IMG/VR virus record: IMGVR_UViG_3300021255_000062
Location: 1 to 64,000 of that record
Length of the DNA: 64,000 bases
Reading direction: 5' to 3' (one strand)
Origin: a virus
Taxonomy: Duplodnaviria; Caudoviricetes
Shown here: positions 47,688 through 57,100 of the stretch, piece after piece
Layout of the letters: every line of letters starts with the position of its first letter
How positions within the stretch are numbered: the first letter of the stretch is position 1
The notes under the pieces: model-generated
What the model was told of the DNA's origin: nothing
The model's database searches: none
Seen by the model: the letters and a program-made list of their open reading frames with translations, nothing else
Program-made: the position numbers and the translations under genes

Positions 47688-50323
47688 TAGATAAACGAGA
47701 TACTCAACAAATACTCGGCTGTCTAATGAAGAAACCGCAGTTATTAAGTGAGATTGATAAATATTCATTTATCTTAACTGATTTTCCTACCAGGTTTGAA
47801 CGGTCGATATTTATGGCAATAAATGGGCTGTATAGGAATGGAGCCACGAAAATACAGCCTATTGATATAGAAAATTTTATAGAACCAGACCAAGTATCAG
47901 CGAAATTATTTAAAGATAAAAATGGAATTGAATATCTACAGGATATAATAGAATTATCAGAAATTGATAATTTTGACTTCTATTATAACAGATTTAAAAT
48001 GTTTAACCTGTTGAAAGATTTAAAAAAACAGGGATTTGATACAACTGAGTTTTATTGTGAGGATTTAACAAACCCAAAAGCTGAAGAAATTAATCAGGCT
48101 TTTAATATGTTAAGTCCGAAGATAATAACTGATGCGGTTAGAAAAAAATTATTAGGTGTTGAAGCAAAATATGAAACAACTGATGAGATAGAAATTGAAG
48201 AAGCCGCAAAAGGAATGAAAAAGCTAATCAATGAACTTGGCGCGGCATATGAAATTGGTATGCCAATACAAGGTGAAATTTTTAATCAAGTTATTGATGG
48301 AGCAAAGAAAGGGACTCTGACAATTAGGTCTGCCGCATCTGGGGTAGGAAAGGCATTACCAAATAGTACAATTATACCTACGCCAAGCGGAAAAAGAAAA
48401 GTTTCCGATATAAAAGTTGGAGATTATCTTTTTGATGCTTTTGGAAAACCGACCAGAGTATTAGGAGTATATCCGCAGGGTCGAAAGGAAGTTTTATATA
48501 TTCGTTTTAAAGACGGACGAGTGGCTAGATGTTGTGAAGATCATCTTTGGAGCTATTGTACTAGAGGGCAAAAAGAATATAGTAAAAAAGAACGCAAATT
48601 CTATACAAAAACATTAAAGGAAATTAGACAATTATCACTTCAAGATTCGCGTGGTGCTTATAATATTTTAGTACCAATGAATTATGCAGTTGAATATGAA
48701 GAACAGTATTATTATATTCCACCATATATAATGGGATTAGCTCTTGGTGATGGAAGTTTTAGACAAAATGAATCTAATAAAGCTTTTCAATTCTCAAGTG
48801 AAGATGAATTTTTACCAAATTATATTGGTTTTCATATGAATTGGGAAGTAAAGAAAAATAAAGCTAATTTTGGATGGTATTTTAGTTTTAATGAAAAAAC
48901 ACCACATAAAAATGTTTGGGTTCAAGATTTTCTAAAACAATATCCGAAACTGTTAAACACTAAATCTGAGACAAAGTTTATTCCGGAAGAATATTTATAT
49001 GGAAGTGTAGAGCAGCGTTTTGATTTACTAAGTGGTTTATTAGACACTGATGGCAGTGTAGATTCAAAGGGTCGAATTAGTTATTATACAATTAGTCCTT
49101 TCTTGCGCGATAATGTAGTAGAATTATGTCATAGTTTAGGTTTTAAAACAACTGTTTTAGTTGACAGCCATAAAGATACAAATATCGGATTTGTTATTCG
49201 AATAACAGGTAGACCAGAGGATAAGATAAAATTATTTAAATTACCTCGTAAAAAAGAAATAATTCAAACGTGGTACAATAACAATACAAGAAAAGAATCT
49301 AACGAATTTAATCCAATAATTGAAATCGGTAGCTGTGGTTATACAGAAGAAATGACTTGCTTTATGGTTGATAATAAAGAACATCTTTTCTTAACTGAAG
49401 ATTATATTGTAACTCACAATACGAGGAACGCAGTAGCCGATGCTTGTTATTTAGCTTATCCAATTAGATATAATAGCACAACTTGCGAATGGGAACAGGT
49501 TGGAAACTGCGAAAGAGTTTTATTCATTGTGACAGAGCAAAGATTTAAAGAAGTCAGAACTATGATTTTAGCTTATTTAACAGATATAAATGCAACAAGA
49601 TTTAAATACGCAGATTTTTCTGACAGAGAACGCGCGGTTATAACACAAGCGATTGCATTGATGGAGAAGTATAATAATTTAATTCTTGTAAAAATGCCTA
49701 ATCCGACAATTGAGTCGGTTAAAGCGATTGTGAGAGAAAATTGTATTGTATATGATATAGGTTATGTTTTTTACGATTATATATTTATTGGACCGTCATT
49801 GTTAAGCGAATTTAAAGGTTTTGCTTTAAGAAATGATGAGGTGCTGCTGATGTTTGCAACAGCGCTGAAAGATTTAGCAGTTGAATTGAACGTAGCAATG
49901 TTTACGTCAACCCAGCTTAATGCAAAAGGTGATGATAATAAAGACATAAGAAATGAAGGTTCATTAGCGGGCGGCCGCAGTACGATTAATAAGGCTGATA
50001 ATGGCGCAATTATGGCAAGACCAACAAAAGAAGAGTTAGAAGTTCTTGCACCGCTATATGAAAATCACCCAGAGAATAAACCGAATTTGGTTACTGATAT
50101 TTTTAAGGTTAGAAGTGGCGAATGGACTCAAGTAAGAATTTGGTCTGATATGAATTTGGGAACCTTAAAGAAAAGAGATTTATTTATAACGGATTCGCGG
50201 ATGGACCCAGTTGAAGATTTCTATACAAGAACTGATTATAATATTAAAAGTTGGGAAGATTCGGAAGATGAATATTTAAAGATAATAGTAGAAAGGTTAA
50301 ATAATGGTGAGATAATTGATTGA
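47684..50323 (+). CDS. dnaB: DnaB-like replicative helicase interrupted by an intein
   Basis: AASGVGK|intein|TR Walker A; FYDYI Walker B; TSTQLN; KVRSG. Confidence 0.85.
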   Translation: MIDKRDTQQILGCLMKKPQLLSEIDKYSFILTDFPTRFERSIFMAINGLYRNGATKIQPIDIENFIEPDQVSAKLFKDKNGIEYLQDIIELSEIDNFDFYYNRFKMFNLLKDLKKQGFDTTEFYCEDLTNPKAEEINQAFNMLSPKIITDAVRKKLLGVEAKYETTDEIEIEEAAKGMKKLINELGAAYEIGMPIQGEIFNQVIDGAKKGTLTIRSAASGVGKALPNSTIIPTPSGKRKVSDIKVGDYLFDAFGKPTRVLGVYPQGRKEVLYIRFKDGRVARCCEDHLWSYCTRGQKEYSKKERKFYTKTLKEIRQLSLQDSRGAYNILVPMNYAVEYEEQYYYIPPYIMGLALGDGSFRQNESNKAFQFSSEDEFLPNYIGFHMNWEVKKNKANFGWYFSFNEKTPHKNVWVQDFLKQYPKLLNTKSETKFIPEEYLYGSVEQRFDLLSGLLDTDGSVDSKGRISYYTISPFLRDNVVELCHSLGFKTTVLVDSHKDTNIGFVIRITGRPEDKIKLFKLPRKKEIIQTWYNNNTRKESNEFNPIIEIGSCGYTEEMTCFMVDNKEHLFLTEDYIVTHNTRNAVADACYLAYPIRYNSTTCEWEQVGNCERVLFIVTEQRFKEVRTMILAYLTDINATRFKYADFSDRERAVITQAIALMEKYNNLILVKMPNPTIESVKAIVRENCIVYDIGYVFYDYIFIGPSLLSEFKGFALRNDEVLLMFATALKDLAVELNVAMFTSTQLNAKGDDNKDIRNEGSLAGGRSTINKADNGAIMARPTKEELEVLAPLYENHPENKPNLVTDIFKVRSGEWTQVRIWSDMNLGTLKKRDLFITDSRMDPVEDFYTRTDYNIKSWEDSEDEYLKIIVERLNNGEIID
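48353..49420 (+). mobile_element. intein (356 aa, Ala1, class-3 signature) with LAGLIDADG homing endonuclease
   Basis: starts ALPNSTIIPTP; block B CCEDHLW; GLALGDG and GLLDTDG; block F MTCFMV; ends IVTHN followed by Thr. Confidence 0.92.
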
Positions 50324-51368
50324 TTATAAAGGTATAATTGAACAATTAGATACACAAAAAGTTATTCAACTAATGGAAACATTAGGCGTGGATAATTATA
50401 TAGAAAAACCAGGATACATAATTTTCCCCACTATATGTCATAATGAAGATTCGGAAGAAGCATCAATGAAATTATATTACTATGAAAATAGTCATATATT
50501 TCAATGCTACACTGAATGTAGTTCAATGTCTATTTTTCAATTTCTCAAAAATTATTATGAAGCTCGATCTTATGATTATGATTGGTATGAAGATATTTAT
50601 AAAGTAATACTCAATTGTAGTAATTATCGACAACTGAATGGTTTCGCACCAAAGAAGTATAAAAGCGTACGTTCTATTTATATGACCCATCAGGAAGTAA
50701 AACTACCAACTTACTCCAATGGAATTATAGACTGTTTTACTAAATTTTATCCACCCGAATGGCTGAATGATGGAATTACTAAACAATCGATGGATAATTT
50801 TAATATACGCTACTCAGTCCCTCAGAATAAAATAATTATTCCTCATTATAATGCTAAGGGTGAATTAGTAGGAATACGAGGGCGCGCCCTCAATGAATGG
50901 GAAGTTGAAAATGTAGGCAAATATATGCCTGTTCAAATAGAGGGTAAGTGGTATAGTCATCCACTTTCACTAAATCTTTATGGATTAAATAAAACAAAAG
51001 AAAATATTAAAAGAATTGGAGTGTGTTTTCTTTGTGAAGGAGAAAAATCTGTTTTACAAATGGAAGGGTGGGACTTTGCCAATTGCGGAGTTGCAGTATG
51101 TGGTAGTCAATTTAATAAGCATGCCCTTAAGCTTCTATTAAAAGAAGCACGACCACGAGAAATTGTAATTTGTTTCGACAAAGAAGAAGAACCGGGTAGT
51201 GAAAAATATTTTAATAAACTTTATTCTATAGGAGAAAAATACAAAAATTATTGTGATTTTTCTTTTATATATGATAGAGAAAAATTATTAGATATGAAGG
51301 ATTCACCAACAGATAAGGGAAGCGAAATCTTTTGGAAACTATATAAAAAAAGAGTGAGGGTTAAATAA
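50316..51368 (+). CDS. DNA primase
   Basis: TICHN...CYTEC zinc site; IIIPHYN..GELVGIRGR; EGEKSV and ICFD TOPRIM. Confidence 0.85.
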   Translation: MIDYKGIIEQLDTQKVIQLMETLGVDNYIEKPGYIIFPTICHNEDSEEASMKLYYYENSHIFQCYTECSSMSIFQFLKNYYEARSYDYDWYEDIYKVILNCSNYRQLNGFAPKKYKSVRSIYMTHQEVKLPTYSNGIIDCFTKFYPPEWLNDGITKQSMDNFNIRYSVPQNKIIIPHYNAKGELVGIRGRALNEWEVENVGKYMPVQIEGKWYSHPLSLNLYGLNKTKENIKRIGVCFLCEGEKSVLQMEGWDFANCGVAVCGSQFNKHALKLLLKEARPREIVICFDKEEEPGSEKYFNKLYSIGEKYKNYCDFSFIYDREKLLDMKDSPTDKGSEIFWKLYKKRVRVK

Positions 51369-51547
51369 TGCCAAACAAAGACAAAATAGAAATTTTAAAT
51401 AAAATAATGAAATCTTTAAATAATTTAGATAAACTAGTGGTAATTAATGGATATGAAGATCTTTGGACAGCAAAACAATTAACGGCCACTTTAATTACAA
51501 TTTTAACTATTGAGGAGAAGATGGATGAAAACACGATTAGTAAATAA
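51368..51547 (+). CDS. hypothetical protein (59 aa, below ORF-track cutoff)
   Basis: TAATG coupling to primase, GAGGG RBS; fills the gap to recJ. Confidence 0.5.
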   Translation: MPNKDKIEILNKIMKSLNNLDKLVVINGYEDLWTAKQLTATLITILTIEEKMDENTISK

Positions 51548-53279
51548 AGATATTAGAAATAATTATACCAAAGAATTACTTATTGAGCGGGGATTAACCC
51601 AAGAGGAAATTGAATACTTTTTTAATGTACCAAATGATTCGTACCTCCAGAGCCCCTCAATGTTATATAATATTACTTCAGGTTTTATTGACTTTCAAGT
51701 AATGTCGAATCTTTCTGAAGAAGATAGGATTGTGGTGGTTGTTGATAGTGACTGTGATGGGTTTGCTTCTGCCGCGATCTTCATACAATATCTACGGAAA
51801 TTCAATCAAAAAGTACAAATTGAATATGTGCTCCATGAAGGAAAAGGACATGGATTAAGTGATACCATTGATGTAATATTAGAAAAGCAAGATAAAAACC
51901 CTAATATTCGATGGGTTGTTTTACCCGATTCTTCAAGCAATGACTACGAATATCATGAAGAACTTGGTGCAGAAGGAATGAGAGTCTTAGTCCTTGACCA
52001 TCATCTTGTAGAGCCAGATACAAAATTTTCAAAAAACGCGGTTATTATAAACAATCAACTTTCCCCAGACTATATAAATAAAGACCTGTGTGGCGCCGGA
52101 GTAGTATGGCAATTTTGTAGATGGTGTGATCAGATGTTTAATACTAACTATGCAGATGAGTTTATTGATTTAGCCGCATTTGCAGAAATTAGTGATATGA
52201 TGTCGATGCTATCACTTGAAAATCGCTATATTGTACATACTGGATTAAGTAGAATTACTAATTATTTTCTCCGCGCGATGTGCGAAAAACAAGCCTATTC
52301 AATGGGAGGAAAAATCACTCCAATTACAATTGCCTTTTATATAACTCCTTTAGTTAATGCTATGATTAGAGCTGGTACAATGGAAGAAAAGCGACGTTGT
52401 TTTGAAGCTTTTATTGATGGTCATAAAATGGTCGAATCACATAAGCGTGGAGCAAAAGGTACTTTTGAAGAACTTGCAATAGAATCAGCAAGAGAATGTA
52501 CAAATGCAAGAGCGAAACAAAATAGAATTTTAGATAAAGTAGTTGAGCAGCTTGAAATTAAAATTCATAAATATAATTTATTAGAAAACAAAATTTTATT
52601 TATTCGACTAGACGATGAAGATTTTCCGCCTGAATTAAATGGACTTTGCGCAATGAAGCTTGCAGCCAAATATCAACGCCCAACTATTGTAGCAAGATTG
52701 AATGACGACGGAGAAATCAAGGGTTCATTAAGAGGATTAAATGAATCTGAGCTTACTTCATTTAAAGATTTTTTAGACCAAAGTGGATTTTTTACCTTTA
52801 CTGCAGGCCATCCAAATGCTGCTGGATGCGGAATTCTTGATAAAAATTTAGATAGTTTCCATAAATATGCTAATGAAAAACTTGCTAATATTGATTTTGG
52901 TGAAAGCTGGTATGAAGTTAATTTTGAACGTATCGCTGCAGATCCAGACATTCGAGATTTAATTGTAGATATTACTTCTCACGAAGATATTTGGGGACAA
53001 CACAATAATGAACCTCTTATTTACATTAAAGATATTAATATTACTAATAAAGATATTAGAATAATGGGGCGAAATCTTGATACGGTTAAGATAGAAAAAT
53101 TTGGAGTTGCTTATATGAAATTTCACGCTAAAGACTTTATTAAAGAATTAAATCAGTATAAAGGAGAAATAAAACTAGAAATAGTGGGTAGAGCTAATCT
53201 CAACGAGTGGAATGGTACTTATACACCACAAATTTTTATTACAAACTATCAAATTAGTGATAATACCCTAGGGTTTTAG
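51525..53279 (+). CDS. recJ: RecJ-like ssDNA exonuclease (DHH family)
   Basis: DSDCDG, LDHH, LCGAGV, GSLRG, GHPNAAG. Confidence 0.88.
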   Translation: MKTRLVNKDIRNNYTKELLIERGLTQEEIEYFFNVPNDSYLQSPSMLYNITSGFIDFQVMSNLSEEDRIVVVVDSDCDGFASAAIFIQYLRKFNQKVQIEYVLHEGKGHGLSDTIDVILEKQDKNPNIRWVVLPDSSSNDYEYHEELGAEGMRVLVLDHHLVEPDTKFSKNAVIINNQLSPDYINKDLCGAGVVWQFCRWCDQMFNTNYADEFIDLAAFAEISDMMSMLSLENRYIVHTGLSRITNYFLRAMCEKQAYSMGGKITPITIAFYITPLVNAMIRAGTMEEKRRCFEAFIDGHKMVESHKRGAKGTFEELAIESARECTNARAKQNRILDKVVEQLEIKIHKYNLLENKILFIRLDDEDFPPELNGLCAMKLAAKYQRPTIVARLNDDGEIKGSLRGLNESELTSFKDFLDQSGFFTFTAGHPNAAGCGILDKNLDSFHKYANEKLANIDFGESWYEVNFERIAADPDIRDLIVDITSHEDIWGQHNNEPLIYIKDINITNKDIRIMGRNLDTVKIEKFGVAYMKFHAKDFIKELNQYKGEIKLEIVGRANLNEWNGTYTPQIFITNYQISDNTLGF

Positions 53280-53285
53280 GAGAAA

Positions 53286-53489
53286 ATGATTATGGAATGG
53301 GAAGAATATAAAAACCAAGAAAAAGATAAGTTTAAAATATCTGGTTCAAACGACTGGGTGAAAACCGAAATAACATGCCCCAAATGTGGAAGCTCTGTAT
53401 ATAAAAACATAGAGGTAGTTTTAACCAGCTATCCTCCGCACTATCAGTATAAATGTATTAGCTGTGATTGGGTAGGCACGTGGTATTAA
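53286..53489 (+). CDS. zinc-ribbon protein
   Basis: CPKC...LTSYPP.YQYKC..C. Confidence 0.7.
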   Translation: MIMEWEEYKNQEKDKFKISGSNDWVKTEITCPKCGSSVYKNIEVVLTSYPPHYQYKCISCDWVGTWY

Positions 53490-53490
53490 T

Positions 53491-53519
53491 TTGTTTTTTT
53501 AATAAAATTTTGATATAAT
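53491..53519 (+). promoter_or_regulatory. sigmaA-type promoter for HNH-dnaE unit
   Basis: TTGTTT-17-TATAAT with TG. Confidence 0.65.
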
Positions 53520-53555
53520 ATATATAGAATAAATAGAGGAGGCGTGTGAAAACTT

Positions 53556-54188
53556 ATGCAAGGAATTGATATAACTGGACAACGCTTTGGTCATTTAGTT
53601 GCTTTAAAGTTAATACCCAAAGAAGAACGTACTTGGAGTAATAAAGAAAGGGCTTGGTTATGTAAGTGTGATTGTGGTAATGAAGTCATAGTGCGACAAA
53701 GAAATTTATTAAGCAGTAGACCAACCCGTTCTTGTGGATGTTTGCGTAAAAAAGAAGCGTTCAAGTCAACTAATATGATAAAAGGGTTAGAAGATGAATT
53801 TTTAGATAGTTTTAATGATTTTGATAAATTTCTTTTTATTCATAGAACTATTCGCACTGCAATAGGAAATTTTAGTAGTTTAGAAAAGGATAAATATAAA
53901 GAACTAATAAACCACTTTTATAATCAAAAACAATTTAATGATATATATAATTTTTGGTTATCTCAAGAAAAAACTGATACTTTTTATGATTGGGCAAAAC
54001 CTTCTATTGACCATATTATTCCCAAAGCAAAGGGAGGCACTAATGATTTAAACAACTTACAATATCTTACAGTTTTTGAGAATTTAAACAAACGAGATAT
54101 GACAATGAATGAGTGGAATAATTTTAAAAAACTAACTCACACAAGTAGTGATTATTTTTATGAGTCAATTAAGGAGGTGATGCAATGA
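53556..54188 (+). CDS. free-standing HNH homing endonuclease
   Basis: N-terminal DITGQRFG.L...WLCKCDCGN...SCGC domain; C-terminal PSIDHIIP..KGG.N...NLQ.L...EN..K. Confidence 0.85.
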   Translation: MQGIDITGQRFGHLVALKLIPKEERTWSNKERAWLCKCDCGNEVIVRQRNLLSSRPTRSCGCLRKKEAFKSTNMIKGLEDEFLDSFNDFDKFLFIHRTIRTAIGNFSSLEKDKYKELINHFYNQKQFNDIYNFWLSQEKTDTFYDWAKPSIDHIIPKAKGGTNDLNNLQYLTVFENLNKRDMTMNEWNNFKKLTHTSSDYFYESIKEVMQ

Positions 54189-57100
54189 AAAATCAGTTAA
54201 GATACCCAGGATCGCTCCATAATCATACTGATTTTTCTTAGGTGATCCAATTTTCGTTTGCGTGACAGTATTAACACTGTCGAGTCATTAATAGATTATG
54301 CAATAGAACTTGGTCATGAAGTAGTAGCGATTACTGAACATGATACAATAGCTAGTGCTATCAGAGCGGAAAAATATTATAGCAAAATTAAAAAGAATAA
54401 TCCGGACTTTAAACTTATTAGAGGTAATGAGATTTATCTTGTAAGAAATGGATTAAATAATGATAACTTTAAAAAAGAAACAGATAGATATTTTCATTTT
54501 ATTCTGTTAGCAAAGGATCTCGAAGGTCATAGACAGATTCGCGAGATTTCTTCGCGTGCTTGGATGAGAAGTTACATGGCGCGCCGTATGAGAAGGGTCC
54601 CAACTTATTATCAAGATTTAATTGATGTAATTGGAAAGAATCCTGGCCATGTGGTTGGGTGTACGGCATGTTTAGGTGGGTGTCTTCCAACTCAACTTAT
54701 CCGTAATAGAGATACTGGCGCACCGAGTATGGACTTGATTAAACGATGGATTGTTCAGATGCAAGGTATTTTTGGAATAGATGACTTTTATTTCGAAATG
54801 CAACCATCATTTAATAAAGACCAGATTTATGTAAACAAAAAATTAGTTGAACTTAGTGAAGAAATGGGTATCAAATATATTATAACTAACGATGCTCATT
54901 ATTTAAAAAAAGAAGATAGACCAATTCATAAGGCTTTTCTTAATGCTCAGCAAGGAGATAGAGAAGTTGACGATTTCTATGCAACGACCTATTTAATGAG
55001 TGATGAAGAAATTTATCACTATATGGAAGAATCATTAGGAGAAACAGTTTTACAAAAAGCATATCAAACAATAGAAGAAATTAAAGATAAGTGTGAAGAC
55101 TATTCATTAATGAAACCGCTAAAGATTCCAAGATTGAATTGGAAGACTTTTGATGTCAAATCAGATGCGGTAAAATTTTTAAGTGATAAAATCCCTTATT
55201 TAAAAAGATTTCTCGAATCAGAATATGCAGAGGACAGACATTTAGCATATGCAATTATTGATAGATTAACCAATAGTAAAGCAGAAGATGAATTATGGAA
55301 CAAAGAAACTTATGAAGAAATTAATGCATGTCTTAAAGATACGTGGGTATCATCAGAAGTAAACGGAAGTAGATGGAGTGCTTATTTCTTAAATCTTCAA
55401 AATATAATTGATGCTTGTTGGGACGCAGGAACTCTTGTTGGCTGCGGCCGAGGCTCTGGAGTTGGTTTTATTTTGTTATATCTATTAGGTATAACTCAGA
55501 TAAATCCACTAAGAGAAAAAAGTCAAACCAAAAGATGGAGATTTCTTAATCCAGAGCGTGTGTCAGTCCTTGATGTAGATATTGATATCGAGGGCGGACG
55601 GCGTGCAGACGTATTAAAAAAGTTTCGTAAAATTTATGGAGAAGATAGGGTCGCTAATGTATTAACATTAAAAACAGAAAAATCTAAGTCTGCAATTCAA
55701 ACAGCTTGTCGTGGATTGGGAGTAGACAGTGATATATCTGCATATCTTTCTTCATTCATTCAAGCTGATAGAGGACAGCTTCGAACTCTTAAACAAACTT
55801 TTTACGGAGATCCCGATAATGGGATTAGTGCCTCCCATCAGTTCAAATTAGAAATGGAAGAGAACTATCCAGAAGTCTGGGAAGTGGCGCAAAGAATTGA
55901 AGGATTAATCAATGGCTGTGGGGTTCACGCGGGTGGAGTTATCTTTGTAGATGAGCCTTTCACAAAGTCAACCGCATTAATGCGAGCGCCAAAAGGAGAA
56001 ATTATAACTCAATTTGATCTCCATGATGCGGAAGATACAGGACTTATTAAATATGATATCCTATCCGTTGAAGCATTGGATAAAATTCACAATTGTATTG
56101 ATTTGATTTGTAAATATGGCTATGAAAAAAGAGAAGAAACATTAAAAGATACCTATGAAAAAATTATTGGTATATATAATCTTGAACGTGAAGCGCCAGA
56201 GATGTGGCAGATGTGTTGGAATCATGAGGTAATGAGTTTGTTCCAAATGGAAAAACAATCTGGAGTAAACGGAATTGCAGCAATGAAACCAACTTCTGTA
56301 GATGACTTGGCAATTCTCAATTCAGCAATTCGTCTTATGGCGACAGAAAAAGGTGGAGAAATGCCAGTTAATAAATTAGCTAGATTTAAAGCGCATCCAT
56401 CTGATTGGGATTATGAATTACAAAAATATGGACTTGGCGCTGAAGCAAAAGAAATTCTTGAACCAGTTCTTAATGTATCTTACGGTTTATGTATTGCTCA
56501 GGAACAATTTATGCAACTTGTACAGCTACCTGAATTAGGTGGATTCAACCTAACCTGGGCAGACAAGTTAAGAAAGTCAATTGCAAAAAAGAATCCGGCA
56601 CAGTATGAAGAGTTAACCAAAGAATATTTCAAGGTTATAAAAGAAAAAGGTTTAGATGAGCGACTTTGTACTTATGTATGGAATGTACTTATTGCAATGA
56701 GTAAAGGTTATGGATTTAACTTATCTCATACGTTGGCTTATTCATTAATCGGATTGCAAGAGTTAAATCTTGCATATCGTTATCCAACAATTTTATGGGA
56801 TTGCGCTTGTCTTATCTCTGATAGCGGCGGTGTCGATAAAGAAGAAGAGGAAGAAGATGGAAATAACGAAGAAACAACTAGAGGAAATGTTTGGGATTCG
56901 TTTGATGACATATCAATGGGTGTTTTTACAGATGATGAAGATGGAGAAGTGGGAGACATTGATTTATCTCCCACCAAGAAGAAATCGTCAAACAGAACTG
57001 CTAACTATGGCAAAATTGCTACAGCAATTGGAAAAATAAGTCAAGAAGGTGTAGAAATTATAGCCACAAATATAAATAAGTCTGAATACACCTTTGCACC

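Noticed and set aside
53556-54250. Group I intron carrying the HNH gene
   Set aside because: No upstream dnaE exon and no room for a ribozyme core; the HNH is free-standing with its own promoter.
54239-54265. Stop-codon reassignment (TAG recoding) as explanation for the dnaE stop
   Set aside because: Read-through gives VIQFSFA* in the wrong frame. Many genes end normally in TAG (e.g. 3877, 4430, 44682, 53279) and coding density is high under the standard code.
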